Source: Escherichia phage JS10
Direction: 5' to 3' (one strand)
DNA length: 64,000 nucleotides
Sequence record: EU863409
Every line of letters starts with the position of its first letter. Positions within the stretch are counted from its first letter, which is position 1. The notes below the pieces were generated by a model. It had not been told where the DNA came from, made no database searches, and saw only the letters and a program-made list of their open reading frames with translations. Made by a program: the position numbers and the translations under genes. This document shows, piece after piece, positions 17,893 through 26,303 of the stretch.

Positions 17893-18341
17893 TCTTTGTT
17901 CTCGAAGTGAATTACAGGACACATCTTAGATTTACGAGCTTTAATGTATTGGACGACGATATTTTCTTTAGTTTCTCGGCCTTCACGCTCAGCTTGAATA
18001 CGTTGCCATTCCTTTTCTTCTCTACGTGCATCATACCACGCGTGTAAATTCATCGCACCTAATGCCAAACCAATGGATAGAGCAATAATAAGAGCTATTG
18101 CAATCAACCCTAAAACAAACCCTAGACTCAACAGAACAGGAGTACTTAATACAAAGAAATGCTCTAATACACCAGCTCCTGCAACAGTTAATCCAAAAAG
18201 CGTACTACCTGCAACAACAGCACAAGCAAAACAAGCCCAAACCATTTTCCAGAAATAAGCACACAAAGAGTGTGGTCGAGAATGACGGTCATAAAAACGG
18301 TCGTGTAATTTAACGTGCCAAGAGTTTGAATTGATAATCAT
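17889..18341 (-). CDS. membrane protein
   Basis: 150 aa with several hydrophobic helices. Confidence 0.5.
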   Translation of the reverse strand: MIINSNSWHVKLHDRFYDRHSRPHSLCAYFWKMVWACFACAVVAGSTLFGLTVAGAGVLEHFFVLSTPVLLSLGFVLGLIAIALIIALSIGLALGAMNLHAWYDARREEKEWQRIQAEREGRETKENIVVQYIKARKSKMCPVIHFENKE

Positions 18342-18351
18342 AATATTTTCC

Positions 18352-18912
18352 TTAAGGGTTCATAGTTGGGATAACAGAGTTCAGATAAGAGACTAAAACT
18401 TTTAGCTCGTCTTTAGTAAATACCACTTCATTTTCACCGTCGTGTCTTTGGGTCAAGGATAGCAAATCACGACCCTGGTGTTGATACACGGATAATTCGG
18501 TATCATAATCCAGTTCTTCTTCATCACCTTCAAATGTTTCACTAGAACGAATCACCGCATCTTGACCTGGAACTTTCCATTCAACTTCAGGCTTGCATTC
18601 TTCCTGGAACAGTTTAAAAATACATTTAAAGAAATTACTAGAATTCCTAATGCTTAGACATTCAGTATCAGTTTCGATATTAAATCCGTCTTCATTTTTA
18701 TAAATTTGGGCCCATACATCGTCGTTAATATCAAACGATGCTCTATGGCGTCCATCAAGATACCCATCTTTATCCAAAACCTTTAAATCATAAAGTGGTT
18801 TAATATCTTGGATAGTTAGTACGATTTTATCGTCTTCTTGTGAAAGCACAATTGCATTATCAACTACTTCAGCGGTCAGTTCACCAAACAATTCAGTTGT
18901 TTCAATAATCAT
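18352..18912 (-). CDS. hypothetical acidic protein
   Basis: 186-aa ORF. Confidence 0.5.
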   Translation of the reverse strand: MIIETTELFGELTAEVVDNAIVLSQEDDKIVLTIQDIKPLYDLKVLDKDGYLDGRHRASFDINDDVWAQIYKNEDGFNIETDTECLSIRNSSNFFKCIFKLFQEECKPEVEWKVPGQDAVIRSSETFEGDEEELDYDTELSVYQHQGRDLLSLTQRHDGENEVVFTKDELKVLVSYLNSVIPTMNP

Positions 18913-18922
18913 TTTCTGTTCC

Positions 18923-19120
18923 TCAACGGTTATGTTTTAAAATACTATAAAGTTCTTCGACTTGGCTTGCATTCAGACAAATCATATCATTTTCTTGTTG
19001 GAGCGTGATTCCGCCTTTTTCTTCCCAATCTTTAACAAAGATGTCATCGTCAGACTCTTCAACATCTGCCAAAAGGACAATAATACCGTCTTCAGAATTA
19101 CCACTTGGGTCGTATAACAT
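18923..19120 (-). CDS. hypothetical acidic protein (65 aa)
   Basis: Start at internal ATG with GAGGAAA SD; 1-nt overlap with stop of upstream mini-ORF. Confidence 0.4.
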   Translation of the reverse strand: MLYDPSGNSEDGIIVLLADVEESDDDIFVKDWEEKGGITLQQENDMICLNASQVEELYSILKHNR

Positions 19121-19215
19121 TACAGTTTCCTCGCTAGCCATGAAAAGAATAAACCTATTAAAACTGGACCAATAAGCATTGTAAGCCAAGCCCAAGGTTC
19201 AAGATAGTAAATCAT
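19120..19215 (-). CDS. hydrophobic mini-ORF (31 aa)
   Basis: MIYYLEPWAWLTMLIGPVLIGLFFSWLARKL; ATGA overlap with upstream gene stop. Confidence 0.35.
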   Translation of the reverse strand: MIYYLEPWAWLTMLIGPVLIGLFFSWLARKL

Positions 19216-19469
19216 CTCATGCTCCTGTGCCAACAGTTACGTGGCTCACGTTTAAAAATTTCATCATGCATTGACTGACAACCTATACAATATATCACAC
19301 CTTTGATAGCTTGACGTCGTGCTTCAGGAATCTCTTCATCACAATCAAAACAATATTTAGCCGATTCACGTTCAACTGCTACTTGCTTACGGGCGTGTAC
19401 TATAGCGGCCTGAACGACCGCTTCCATTTCGAGCTGTTCAGCTCCGTCCTTAGCAAATCCAACAGCCAT
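19212..19469 (-). CDS. TraR/DksA-type C4 zinc-finger protein
   Basis: 85 aa with C-x2-C-x17-C-x2-C (CFDC...CIGC). Confidence 0.55.
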   Translation of the reverse strand: MAVGFAKDGAEQLEMEAVVQAAIVHARKQVAVERESAKYCFDCDEEIPEARRQAIKGVIYCIGCQSMHDEIFKREPRNCWHRSMR

Positions 19470-19651
19470 TATGCTTTCAACTCATTAAGATACTCAACCA
19501 ATGCTGCTTTAGAGTTAGTCAAATCTCTTTTACACTGCTCTATTCCAGAATATGAATAACCTTCGCAATATTCAACAGCTAGGTCATTGGAGGCGTTTTC
19601 AATATGCTGGGCGAGTTTAATAATTTTCTCAATCTGTTCGGTAGTTAACAT
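19469..19651 (-). CDS. hypothetical protein
   Basis: 60-aa ORF. Confidence 0.4.
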   Translation of the reverse strand: MLTTEQIEKIIKLAQHIENASNDLAVEYCEGYSYSGIEQCKRDLTNSKAALVEYLNELKA

Positions 19652-19655
19652 AATA

Positions 19656-19892
19656 TCACCAGTATTTGTTGATAGTAGAAATTAATTCTTGGGCCTGGGT
19701 AGTCTTCAGTTTACATCCACAACCCTTTAATGTGTCTTTAAGGAGCCATGGTTCCTTGAGCTCGTCCTTTTCTAGACGAATTCTGTATCCTCGATAATCG
19801 GCAAAGATACTTCGGTCGTCGAATATCTTAATCTCAAGGATACGACCGTTGATTTCATATTCTAATGAAACCGTAGTACTTGTAAGTTTCAT
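19656..19892 (-). CDS. hypothetical protein
   Basis: 78-aa ORF directly downstream of PeSL-like cassette. Confidence 0.5.
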   Translation of the reverse strand: MKLTSTTVSLEYEINGRILEIKIFDDRSIFADYRGYRIRLEKDELKEPWLLKDTLKGCGCKLKTTQAQELISTINKYW

Positions 19893-19949
19893 ACTGTTCT
19901 CCTCATTAGTTGATAGGTCTATAGTATCACGTTCCTAGAGGATGTAAAC
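19893..19949 (-). promoter_or_regulatory. PeSL-like promoter-stem-loop cassette
   Basis: core TTGATAGGTCTATAGTATCA; -35 GTTTAC (19944-19949); bulged inverted repeat. Confidence 0.55.
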
Positions 19950-19952
19950 ACT

Positions 19953-19984
19953 AAAACGAAAAAAGGTCCCACCGAAGTGGGACC
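19953..19984 (-). terminator. intrinsic terminator
   Basis: GGUCCCAC-UUCG-GUGGGACC hairpin followed by U6CGU4. Confidence 0.65.
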
Positions 19985-19989
19985 TTTGA

Positions 19990-20376
19990 TTATTCTAACG
20001 TTAACAAATACTTAGTCTGGTAAAAGACACCAGTGATGTCGTCCAAAGTCGATTGGATGGCCTTAGGAAGATTTTTGTAGATTTTATCAGACGCTTTAAT
20101 AAGTTCATCAAGAAAATCTATGGGGTCTTTAGGCAGTTCTGAAGCAGATGGTAGTGATGCTTTATATTCTTTGCCACTAAATCCTAAATACTGTTCACTG
20201 AACTGGTCTAGTGGTCCTTGAACTTCTGTATAATAGAAGTCATATGCTTTGTGTCTTGCATAGCTTTTGGTTTCCAAATGGGCTGACTTAAAATAGGCTA
20301 AAGAAACCAACAGCCAACCAATATAAGAATCTACTTCAGTCCCTCGACTAAGTACGAAATCATTGAATTTCATCAT
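19990..20376 (-). CDS. rI.-1-like protein with N-terminal hydrophobic segment (by position)
   Basis: 128 aa, located downstream of rI as in T4. Confidence 0.45.
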   Translation of the reverse strand: MMKFNDFVLSRGTEVDSYIGWLLVSLAYFKSAHLETKSYARHKAYDFYYTEVQGPLDQFSEQYLGFSGKEYKASLPSASELPKDPIDFLDELIKASDKIYKNLPKAIQSTLDDITGVFYQTKYLLTLE

Positions 20377-20653
20377 CTACCTTCATTAGTTTAGCGTATC
20401 GTTCTCCGATAGCCCGACCTTCAATCGAGCAAGACTCTATTGTATTGCAATTTGAAATTTTCCAAGAAGCAGTTACATAAGCCCAGTAGTCTTCGGAGGC
20501 CTTTACACTAGGTTTACTCATTTGCGCATAAACTGGCATCGCACTACTAGCAAAGGCGTCCATCAATTTAGGGTCGGATTTGTTTGCTAGTGAAGATGTT
20601 GGGCTTAAACATCCAATCATAAGGATACAAGCCACTGTACGGAAAATACCCAT
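20360..20653 (-). CDS. rI: lysis-inhibition regulator RI (antiholin) homolog
   Basis: 97 aa; N-terminal signal-anchor-like segment; C-terminal C-x5-C-x-IEGRAIGERYAKLM resembles T4 RI; TATAAATA late promoter upstream. Confidence 0.6.
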   Translation of the reverse strand: MGIFRTVACILMIGCLSPTSSLANKSDPKLMDAFASSAMPVYAQMSKPSVKASEDYWAYVTASWKISNCNTIESCSIEGRAIGERYAKLMKVDDEIQ

Positions 20654-20743
20654 ACAAAAGTCCTTTGTTATTTTATACGAATTTGCCTTTCGGCCTTAAC
20701 CGATAGCGATTACCAAAAGCTAAAGCTCTACGGTTAGTATTAC

Positions 20744-20751
20744 TATTTATA
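20744..20751 (-). promoter_or_regulatory. T4-type late promoter (TATAAATA) for rI
   Basis: Exact TATAAATA on minus strand overlapping stop codon of upstream gene. Confidence 0.5.
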
Positions 20752-21025
20752 GCTTTTTAAGCTTACGACAATACGAATAGAACACGTCGTTAAAATTATA
20801 TTCAACCCAATTCCTCTGTATAGGCGAGGTAATGGAAAGCATATAATGCGCTTTAATTAAATCCATCCCATTTTTATTAGGGCATTCTTTATTATTAGCA
20901 TTATACGTCGCTGCTACAACTTCTATCTCTCTTTTGTAAGCCGCATCATCCATGATGGGCGAAAGAACAATATAAGAGATGGCCACAGCGAACGCTAGAA
21001 TTAAAATCTTTGAATTTAGGTCCAT
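20747..21025 (-). CDS. small membrane/secreted protein (rI.1 position)
   Basis: 92 aa with N-terminal hydrophobic segment, between tk and rI. Confidence 0.45.
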   Translation of the reverse strand: MDLNSKILILAFAVAISYIVLSPIMDDAAYKREIEVVAATYNANNKECPNKNGMDLIKAHYMLSITSPIQRNWVEYNFNDVFYSYCRKLKKL

Positions 21026-21032
21026 AGTACCC

Positions 21033-21605
21033 TCAACTCGTTATTTCTATCCAGTGCTTCCTGCACAATGACACGTAAGAATCGTTGCCACCTATAGAAA
21101 CTTGGGCTCCGTCCTTAATTGCGACACCATCTTGGACCCTAGCAGTCATAGTAGCTTTACGGCCGCAATGGCACACACCTTTGTACTCAACGAGTTTATC
21201 TGCCGTAGCGAGTAATTCAGCAGAACCAGGAAACAGTTTACCCTGAAAATCAGTTCTTAGCCCGTAACACATAACTGGAACATTATAATTGTCTACTATC
21301 TTTGCCAGTTGTTTTATCTGTGCAGGTTCTAAGAACTGTGCTTCATCCACAAACACACAGTGGATATCTTTTTGAGATTCAGCCCAACGATAGAACTCGT
21401 ATAGGTCCATATCCGGAGTCACTGCATTAGCCTCTTGACTAATCCCTATACGAGACGAAATGGTATGGCTTGATTCTCTATTGTCTATCGCAGGCTTTAA
21501 AAGGAGCACGCCCATACCACGTTCTTTGTAGTTATGAGCTGCCGTTAGCAATGAAGCGGTCTTACCTGAGTTCATTGCCGCATAATGAAAATAAAGTTGA
21601 GCCAT
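21033..21605 (-). CDS. tk: thymidine kinase
   Basis: 190 aa; P-loop AMNSGKT, zinc-ribbon CHCG...C; matches T4 Tk. Confidence 0.9.
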   Translation of the reverse strand: MAQLYFHYAAMNSGKTASLLTAAHNYKERGMGVLLLKPAIDNRESSHTISSRIGISQEANAVTPDMDLYEFYRWAESQKDIHCVFVDEAQFLEPAQIKQLAKIVDNYNVPVMCYGLRTDFQGKLFPGSAELLATADKLVEYKGVCHCGRKATMTARVQDGVAIKDGAQVSIGGNDSYVSLCRKHWIEITS

Positions 21606-21614
21606 ATTACCTTC

Positions 21615-21800
21615 TTAAAGCGTATTCACATAAGCTATTAATTCGTTTTCTTTCTCATCAAACCGATCAGCAAATTCTTCTTGCTGTTCGGGAGATAGCG
21701 GGCCATATTCATCGTAAAAAGCGTTTGCTTCTGTATGCTCATCCAAAAGCTCATGGATAAGCTCAAACAATCTACTTTTCTGACTAATACTTAAACTCAT
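21615..21800 (-). CDS. hypothetical acidic protein
   Basis: 61-aa ORF. Confidence 0.4.
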   Translation of the reverse strand: MSLSISQKSRLFELIHELLDEHTEANAFYDEYGPLSPEQQEEFADRFDEKENELIAYVNTL

Positions 21801-22024
21801 TTAGGTTCACCATATCGCACAAATTTAGGATGTTCGCAATAACCGGAATGAAAACCTTCACCCTTATGATTAGAACATCCTTTATTAGAACAGTACCACC
21901 AGTAATCAAATTCACATTCCATTTCATCGTTGCATAAAGCTGCGATTACCGGCCATTCACATTTTTCGCATTTAGCAGTTTTAAGAATTCGGGCTTGGCT
22001 CATAACCATTGCACCTTTAAGCAA
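21797..22024 (-). CDS. Cys-rich zinc-binding-like protein
   Basis: 75 aa with multiple CxxC pairs. Confidence 0.45.
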   Translation of the reverse strand: MLKGAMVMSQARILKTAKCEKCEWPVIAALCNDEMECEFDYWWYCSNKGCSNHKGEGFHSGYCEHPKFVRYGEPK

Positions 22025-22212
22025 TATTCTTCTACATGCTGTTTACGTTTATTTTTATCTATAAAAGTATATTCAACGTATTCACCAATATACCATTTAT
22101 CGGTGTTATGCTGACTTTTTATAGGGCATTTAGTTACTCGGGTTTCGGTCCAGCGCCGAATAATTTCCGCTTTGTTTTTAGGGTCAAACGGATGCGGATA
22201 ATGGGCTTTCAT
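22000..22212 (-). CDS. hypothetical protein
   Basis: 70-aa ORF overlapping neighbours; start uncertain. Confidence 0.35.
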   Translation of the reverse strand: MKAHYPHPFDPKNKAEIIRRWTETRVTKCPIKSQHNTDKWYIGEYVEYTFIDKNKRKQHVEEYCLKVQWL

Positions 22213-22651
22213 AATCTACCACCACTAAATTAACATCAGGAGTAAACAAATTAATCAATTGATAAACCTTGTCCCAATCACCACCAGCAATACCACAACC
22301 AATGCGAGGAATATAAATTCTTGGTTTAAACAAAAGACCTTTTGCTTGTTGATTTAATTCTATCATACAGTTTACTAAAGCACCATAATCAAGATTAGGG
22401 CCTGGTTCGTATTGGGTGTATAAATTATAGCAAATTTGTCCATTATTACCTGTGGCTTGGGTATATGTTCCAAGTTTTGCTATATCACCTAAATAAGTGG
22501 TTTTATCGATAGCAAGAATAGGTGGATAAGCCTTAGCCAATTGTCCAGCTACACCTGAACCCATTGTGTGAAAGCAGTTACACCCGTGTGCAACATTATT
22601 GCCTTGAAGAAACAGGGCGACGATATCGCCCTTAATATAATCAATAATCAT
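22184..22651 (-). CDS. macro-domain protein (ADP-ribose binding/processing)
   Basis: 155 aa; N-terminal GDIV...GCNCF and GSGVAGQ glycine-rich motifs typical of macro domains. Confidence 0.65.
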   Translation of the reverse strand: MIIDYIKGDIVALFLQGNNVAHGCNCFHTMGSGVAGQLAKAYPPILAIDKTTYLGDIAKLGTYTQATGNNGQICYNLYTQYEPGPNLDYGALVNCMIELNQQAKGLLFKPRIYIPRIGCGIAGGDWDKVYQLINLFTPDVNLVVVDYESPLSASV

Positions 22652-23004
22652 TTAGAGTTTAGCCCTCGGTTGTAAGAGTCAACGAGTCTGTCTACCATAG
22701 ACGCGCACATTTCTTTGTACTTTTTATCAGATGGAACACATTCAGTAACGTTTAGACGTTGCTCGTATCTTTTAGAAAGAGTTTTCTCTTTCATTCGGCG
22801 ATGCTCGACGTCGTTCTGTCCATCTTTAAAAGCAGCTGTTATTTTTGAACTGAATTCAATAACACATTCAGTATTACTCGGATGACAATAATCTTTTGCT
22901 GTACGGGTGGCATACTCGACAATTGAATTATTTGTATCATCAACCTGTGATGCTAATACTCCCGGAGCAATCAACATAAGCGCTATAGTCATCTGTTTAA
23001 TCAT
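22648..23004 (-). CDS. secreted protein with signal peptide (vs position)
   Basis: 118 aa; N-terminal signal peptide ending ...GVLASQ; paired Cys. Confidence 0.5.
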   Translation of the reverse strand: MIKQMTIALMLIAPGVLASQVDDTNNSIVEYATRTAKDYCHPSNTECVIEFSSKITAAFKDGQNDVEHRRMKEKTLSKRYEQRLNVTECVPSDKKYKEMCASMVDRLVDSYNRGLNSK

Positions 23005-23544
23005 TTAATATACCGCCTCAAACATCTTTTTAGATTTTAGGTAATTGGCCTTTTCTAGAACTTCGGAAGCATATTTACTGCCTGCTTTGACATTCCAGCC
23101 CGCATTATAAGAAGCAATCGCTTTTCTCAGGTCACCTTTGTGAACATCAATCCAATAAGACAGTTCAATGTAGGCCCAAGAGGCACTGTTCTGTCGTTTT
23201 TGGACCATACGGATTATTTCTTTGTCTGTCATCTTCCAACCTACCTGTTTAACACGACTTCTTAACGTAGGCAAGTAATTTTGGAACATGCCATAAGCAT
23301 GGTGCTTATCTTTATTTAAACCCTGATTAATTCCGGCGGATGATTCTTGCCATAGTAATCCGGCCATGATATATCCTAATCCTTTTTGATTAGGGTTTTC
23401 TTTGAACTTTCCCGACTTTTGGTATTGTTCACCGAAAGCATACGCATAATGTAAATTATCGAGTTGTTCATTACTGAAAGTAGGCTCTACGCTATAGGCA
23501 GACATACTAACTGTCAATAGTAAAGTGGCTAATACTTTTTTCAT
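23005..23544 (-). CDS. periplasmic lytic-transglycosylase-like protein
   Basis: 179 aa; signal peptide; LLWQESS...AYGMFQ resembles SLT catalytic region. Confidence 0.55.
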   Translation of the reverse strand: MKKVLATLLLTVSMSAYSVEPTFSNEQLDNLHYAYAFGEQYQKSGKFKENPNQKGLGYIMAGLLWQESSAGINQGLNKDKHHAYGMFQNYLPTLRSRVKQVGWKMTDKEIIRMVQKRQNSASWAYIELSYWIDVHKGDLRKAIASYNAGWNVKAGSKYASEVLEKANYLKSKKMFEAVY

Positions 23545-23556
23545 GAGACCTCATTA

Positions 23557-24015
23557 TTAAAGATAGATTACTTTCGTGCTGGTTTTACCTTCTAAACGTT
23601 TAGAGTTAACAAATGCCATACGACATTTTAATGAATACCCTTTATCAGGATGTTTACGATCTACGGTCATACCCAACCATAAGGTTTTATCGGTAATCTC
23701 GAGACGCAGTGGACGATACACTTTACCTGGGACAATTTCAGATTCTACGTCAGGAAGAGGCTCCTGGATTAAAAATTCATGGATTTCTTTAACATGATTG
23801 TGGAGCTTCTTGAACAAAGAGAAAACATATTTTTCGTCAATTTCACGTTGGATAGCACGGTCCAACAAGTGATTAGAGTACTTAATAAAGAAAGCTGGGA
23901 CACCGCTCTTAATGGCGGCTTTTTTGATGGACGCGTTAAGTTCACGAAATTCGGTTTCGAACTGACGACGTAATTTGTTGCGGCGGATGAATACTTCTGA
24001 ATTAATTTCTGACAT
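23557..24015 (-). CDS. regB: RegB site-specific endoribonuclease
   Basis: 152 aa resembling T4 RegB (FIRRNKLRR, LLDRAIQREIDE); downstream of canonical PeSL-like cassette. Confidence 0.8.
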   Translation of the reverse strand: MSEINSEVFIRRNKLRRQFETEFRELNASIKKAAIKSGVPAFFIKYSNHLLDRAIQREIDEKYVFSLFKKLHNHVKEIHEFLIQEPLPDVESEIVPGKVYRPLRLEITDKTLWLGMTVDRKHPDKGYSLKCRMAFVNSKRLEGKTSTKVIYL

Positions 24016-24072
24016 TTTGTAATCTCCTGTAGTTGATAGGTCTATAGTACCACGTCTACAGGAGATGTAAAC
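24016..24072 (-). promoter_or_regulatory. PeSL-like promoter-stem-loop cassette (upstream of regB)
   Basis: -35 GTTTAC, 17-bp spacer, -10 TACTAT; perfect 9-bp arms CTCCTGTAG / CTACAGGAG (24024-24032 / 24056-24064). Confidence 0.6.
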
Positions 24073-24077
24073 TGCTT

Positions 24078-24356
24078 TTAGTATTTTTCTTCAGGTTGGA
24101 AAACGGAACGACAGGCCCACATGGATGCTTCTTTCAAGCGTTCGATTGCCGTACGAATCTGGGCGAGACGTTCATGAGTGAGGTCGAATTCTTCATCACT
24201 CATTTTATCAACACCCGAGCATGTAAAGGCTTCAACATATTCTTCTTCTAGTGCTTTAAAGATTAAGCCTAATCGAACTTCAGCATCTTTAATGGCATTC
24301 ACTTTACTGATTTTATCGTCGGTATGTGGCTTGTAACCTTTGATATCTTCAATCAT
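24078..24356 (-). CDS. hypothetical protein (vs.3-vs.8 region)
   Basis: 92-aa ORF; ATGA-coupled chain. Confidence 0.45.
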   Translation of the reverse strand: MIEDIKGYKPHTDDKISKVNAIKDAEVRLGLIFKALEEEYVEAFTCSGVDKMSDEEFDLTHERLAQIRTAIERLKEASMWACRSVFQPEEKY

Positions 24357-24571
24357 TTCACTTCCTCATCAGATGCAATATCATATTCTACAAAACGAAG
24401 GCCGTCATATCCACCACTAACAGAGATATACGTAGTCGGGTAAACAGTTTCTTTACCATTCCATTGGCCACCGTCCCAACATTCCATAAAGCCTTGTTCG
24501 CCCTGTTCGTGGAACCAGTCAACAAACATCTTCAGAGCTTCATCAGAGCCTTCAATTGTCAATTTAGACAT
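24353..24571 (-). CDS. hypothetical protein
   Basis: 72-aa ORF. Confidence 0.45.
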   Translation of the reverse strand: MSKLTIEGSDEALKMFVDWFHEQGEQGFMECWDGGQWNGKETVYPTTYISVSGGYDGLRFVEYDIASDEEVK

Positions 24572-24860
24572 ATTTTTTCCAGTCAGAAATCATATGAATC
24601 TCTTGGTCATACGTCAAGAGACTACGAGTTATAATACCCTTACAAGGCCCTGAGATGAACTCGAGGGTGAAGTAAGGAACCTGTTTCATTAATCGGATAC
24701 TAGGAGCGTGGCATCTAAAACGAGAGCCCTTAAAGGGCCCTGACATGAATACATATTCTAATGGATAGAAATAAGCATGCTCAAAGTTTGTAGTAAGGTC
24801 CTCTCTTCGAACCTTACGTGAGAAATAACAGAACTCAAAAAGTTCTTCATCGGTCATCAT
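24564..24860 (-). CDS. hypothetical protein
   Basis: 98-aa ORF with internal duplicated SGP(F/C)KG segment. Confidence 0.45.
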   Translation of the reverse strand: MMTDEELFEFCYFSRKVRREDLTTNFEHAYFYPLEYVFMSGPFKGSRFRCHAPSIRLMKQVPYFTLEFISGPCKGIITRSLLTYDQEIHMISDWKKYV

Positions 24861-25384
24861 TGCATTCCTATCACAAAGAACAGTGGCAGAGGTTTAGAAC
24901 CCTGGCACATAAATTTGTTAATCATTACCTGGTAAGCTTCATAGAACTTATCCATCGATGGAAGGCGCATTGGCTCTTCGATAATAATCAATAATCGAGT
25001 AACTGATAGACCACGATACTTATGGAAGTTATCTTCGTCTAAAAATGAACGCACGGTATCATATACAACAAATCCAGGACCTTCTACTTGAAGGTGTGGT
25101 TGGGCCTTAGAAACCCTTTTTATTATATTACAGATTTCTCGTGAGCGATGCGAAGAACTTGACATAACAATCACATCATTACCCTTGGAAACCCAATCAG
25201 CTGCGAACTGAGCAAGGGCACTTGTTTTACCTGTTTGACGCCCGCCGTCAAGTCGAAGAGTACCAAATTCTTGCATTCTTGAAGTGGGTTCGTACCAGGT
25301 ATATTGGTCTGAGTCTAAACGTTCAATGGCGCGTTCAGCGAAGGCGTGCATTAAGGTTAGATAAATGGGAGTTAAAAATTTCAT
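24857..25384 (-). CDS. small P-loop NTPase-like protein
   Basis: 175 aa; GGRQTGKTSA Walker A and LLIIIEEP Walker B-like. Confidence 0.5.
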   Translation of the reverse strand: MKFLTPIYLTLMHAFAERAIERLDSDQYTWYEPTSRMQEFGTLRLDGGRQTGKTSALAQFAADWVSKGNDVIVMSSSSHRSREICNIIKRVSKAQPHLQVEGPGFVVYDTVRSFLDEDNFHKYRGLSVTRLLIIIEEPMRLPSMDKFYEAYQVMINKFMCQGSKPLPLFFVIGMQ

Positions 25385-25544
25385 AATGGTCTCTTAGTTG
25401 TGGGGCCGTTCCTTGGCACATAATTCATCCATGTATCCGTATGTAAACCCTTTACCGCACTTGGGCTCGACCTTATTACAGGTAGGGAAAGGTCCATCAC
25501 TCAGAGGACGCGACGTTCATGAGGAGAGGGCCGGCTTGCCTTTA

Positions 25545-25844
25545 TTAGAAAGAACCAGAACCTTTAATTGTATTCTGGCGACCTTTATTTTCTAATTCAG
25601 AGTGGTCGATTTCGTATGCTTGGGCTACACCAAAGGCCTTTTTAACTTTAGCTAAAGAGCCTTTAGATGTAACAATATTAAAAGTATTACCTTTAGTAAA
25701 ATCAACCAAATCCACTTGTACGCCCTGTTTACCGAGGCTTGCTACAATAGCATCAACATATTCTTGGTCTAAGGTGCCTTGGACACCTATTTGGAATGCT
25801 TTAGGAGCTTTGGCTTCTGTAATAAATTCTTGATAGGTTTTCAT
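25545..25844 (-). CDS. internal-protein-like capsid-targeted protein
   Basis: N-terminus MKTYQEFITE (capsid targeting sequence with I-x-E protease site); 99 aa. Confidence 0.6.
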   Translation of the reverse strand: MKTYQEFITEAKAPKAFQIGVQGTLDQEYVDAIVASLGKQGVQVDLVDFTKGNTFNIVTSKGSLAKVKKAFGVAQAYEIDHSELENKGRQNTIKGSGSF

Positions 25845-25898
25845 ATTATTCCTTAAGTTGATAGAAGTATTCTATCACGGATTTAATTAAGCGTAAAT
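25845..25898 (-). promoter_or_regulatory. promoter with stem-loop over -10 (PeSL-related)
   Basis: -35 TTTACG, 17-bp spacer, -10 TAGAAT inside hairpin GATAGAA-N3-TTCTATC. Confidence 0.4.
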
Positions 25899-26303
25899 AG
25901 CCTTGCCATAGTGTTTGTACCAGGTAGGGCGTTGTGCAATTTTTTCGTCCAAACGGGCTTGTGAAATAGCGATAGAAGCTTCGTGAGGAACATAATCACC
26001 ACGGAATTCCTGAGGAATATCACTAATGTCCTGGACTGTAGTATCCTTGATATTAAAGCCACGTTTTAAACATTCGGCTATAAGCTCGATTTGACGCTTA
26101 CGTAAAAATTCAAGCTTATCATAAAAGAATGTAACGTGGCCTGTACCAAGGATAAAAGTAGGGCTGATTTTAAAATCACGAACACGTTTACCGTTAGCAA
26201 CATGCTTACGAACTGCACCGAAAACACGTGGTAATTCACGATATTCAGCCATTAAGTGTTGGTCAGCCAATTCAGATACTAAGGTAAGGTTGATACGAGT
26301 CAT
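25887..26303 (-). CDS. denV: endonuclease V (pyrimidine-dimer DNA glycosylase DenV)
   Basis: 138 aa, near-identical to T4 DenV along its length. Confidence 0.92.
   Translation of the reverse strand: MTRINLTLVSELADQHLMAEYRELPRVFGAVRKHVANGKRVRDFKISPTFILGTGHVTFFYDKLEFLRKRQIELIAECLKRGFNIKDTTVQDISDIPQEFRGDYVPHEASIAISQARLDEKIAQRPTWYKHYGKAIYA

Noticed and set aside
20360-20653. Lipoprotein/o-spanin interpretation of the 97-aa protein with an I-G-C sequence near the N-terminus
   Set aside because: The C-terminal region matches T4 RI (antiholin) far better; gene position next to tk also fits rI rather than a spanin pair.
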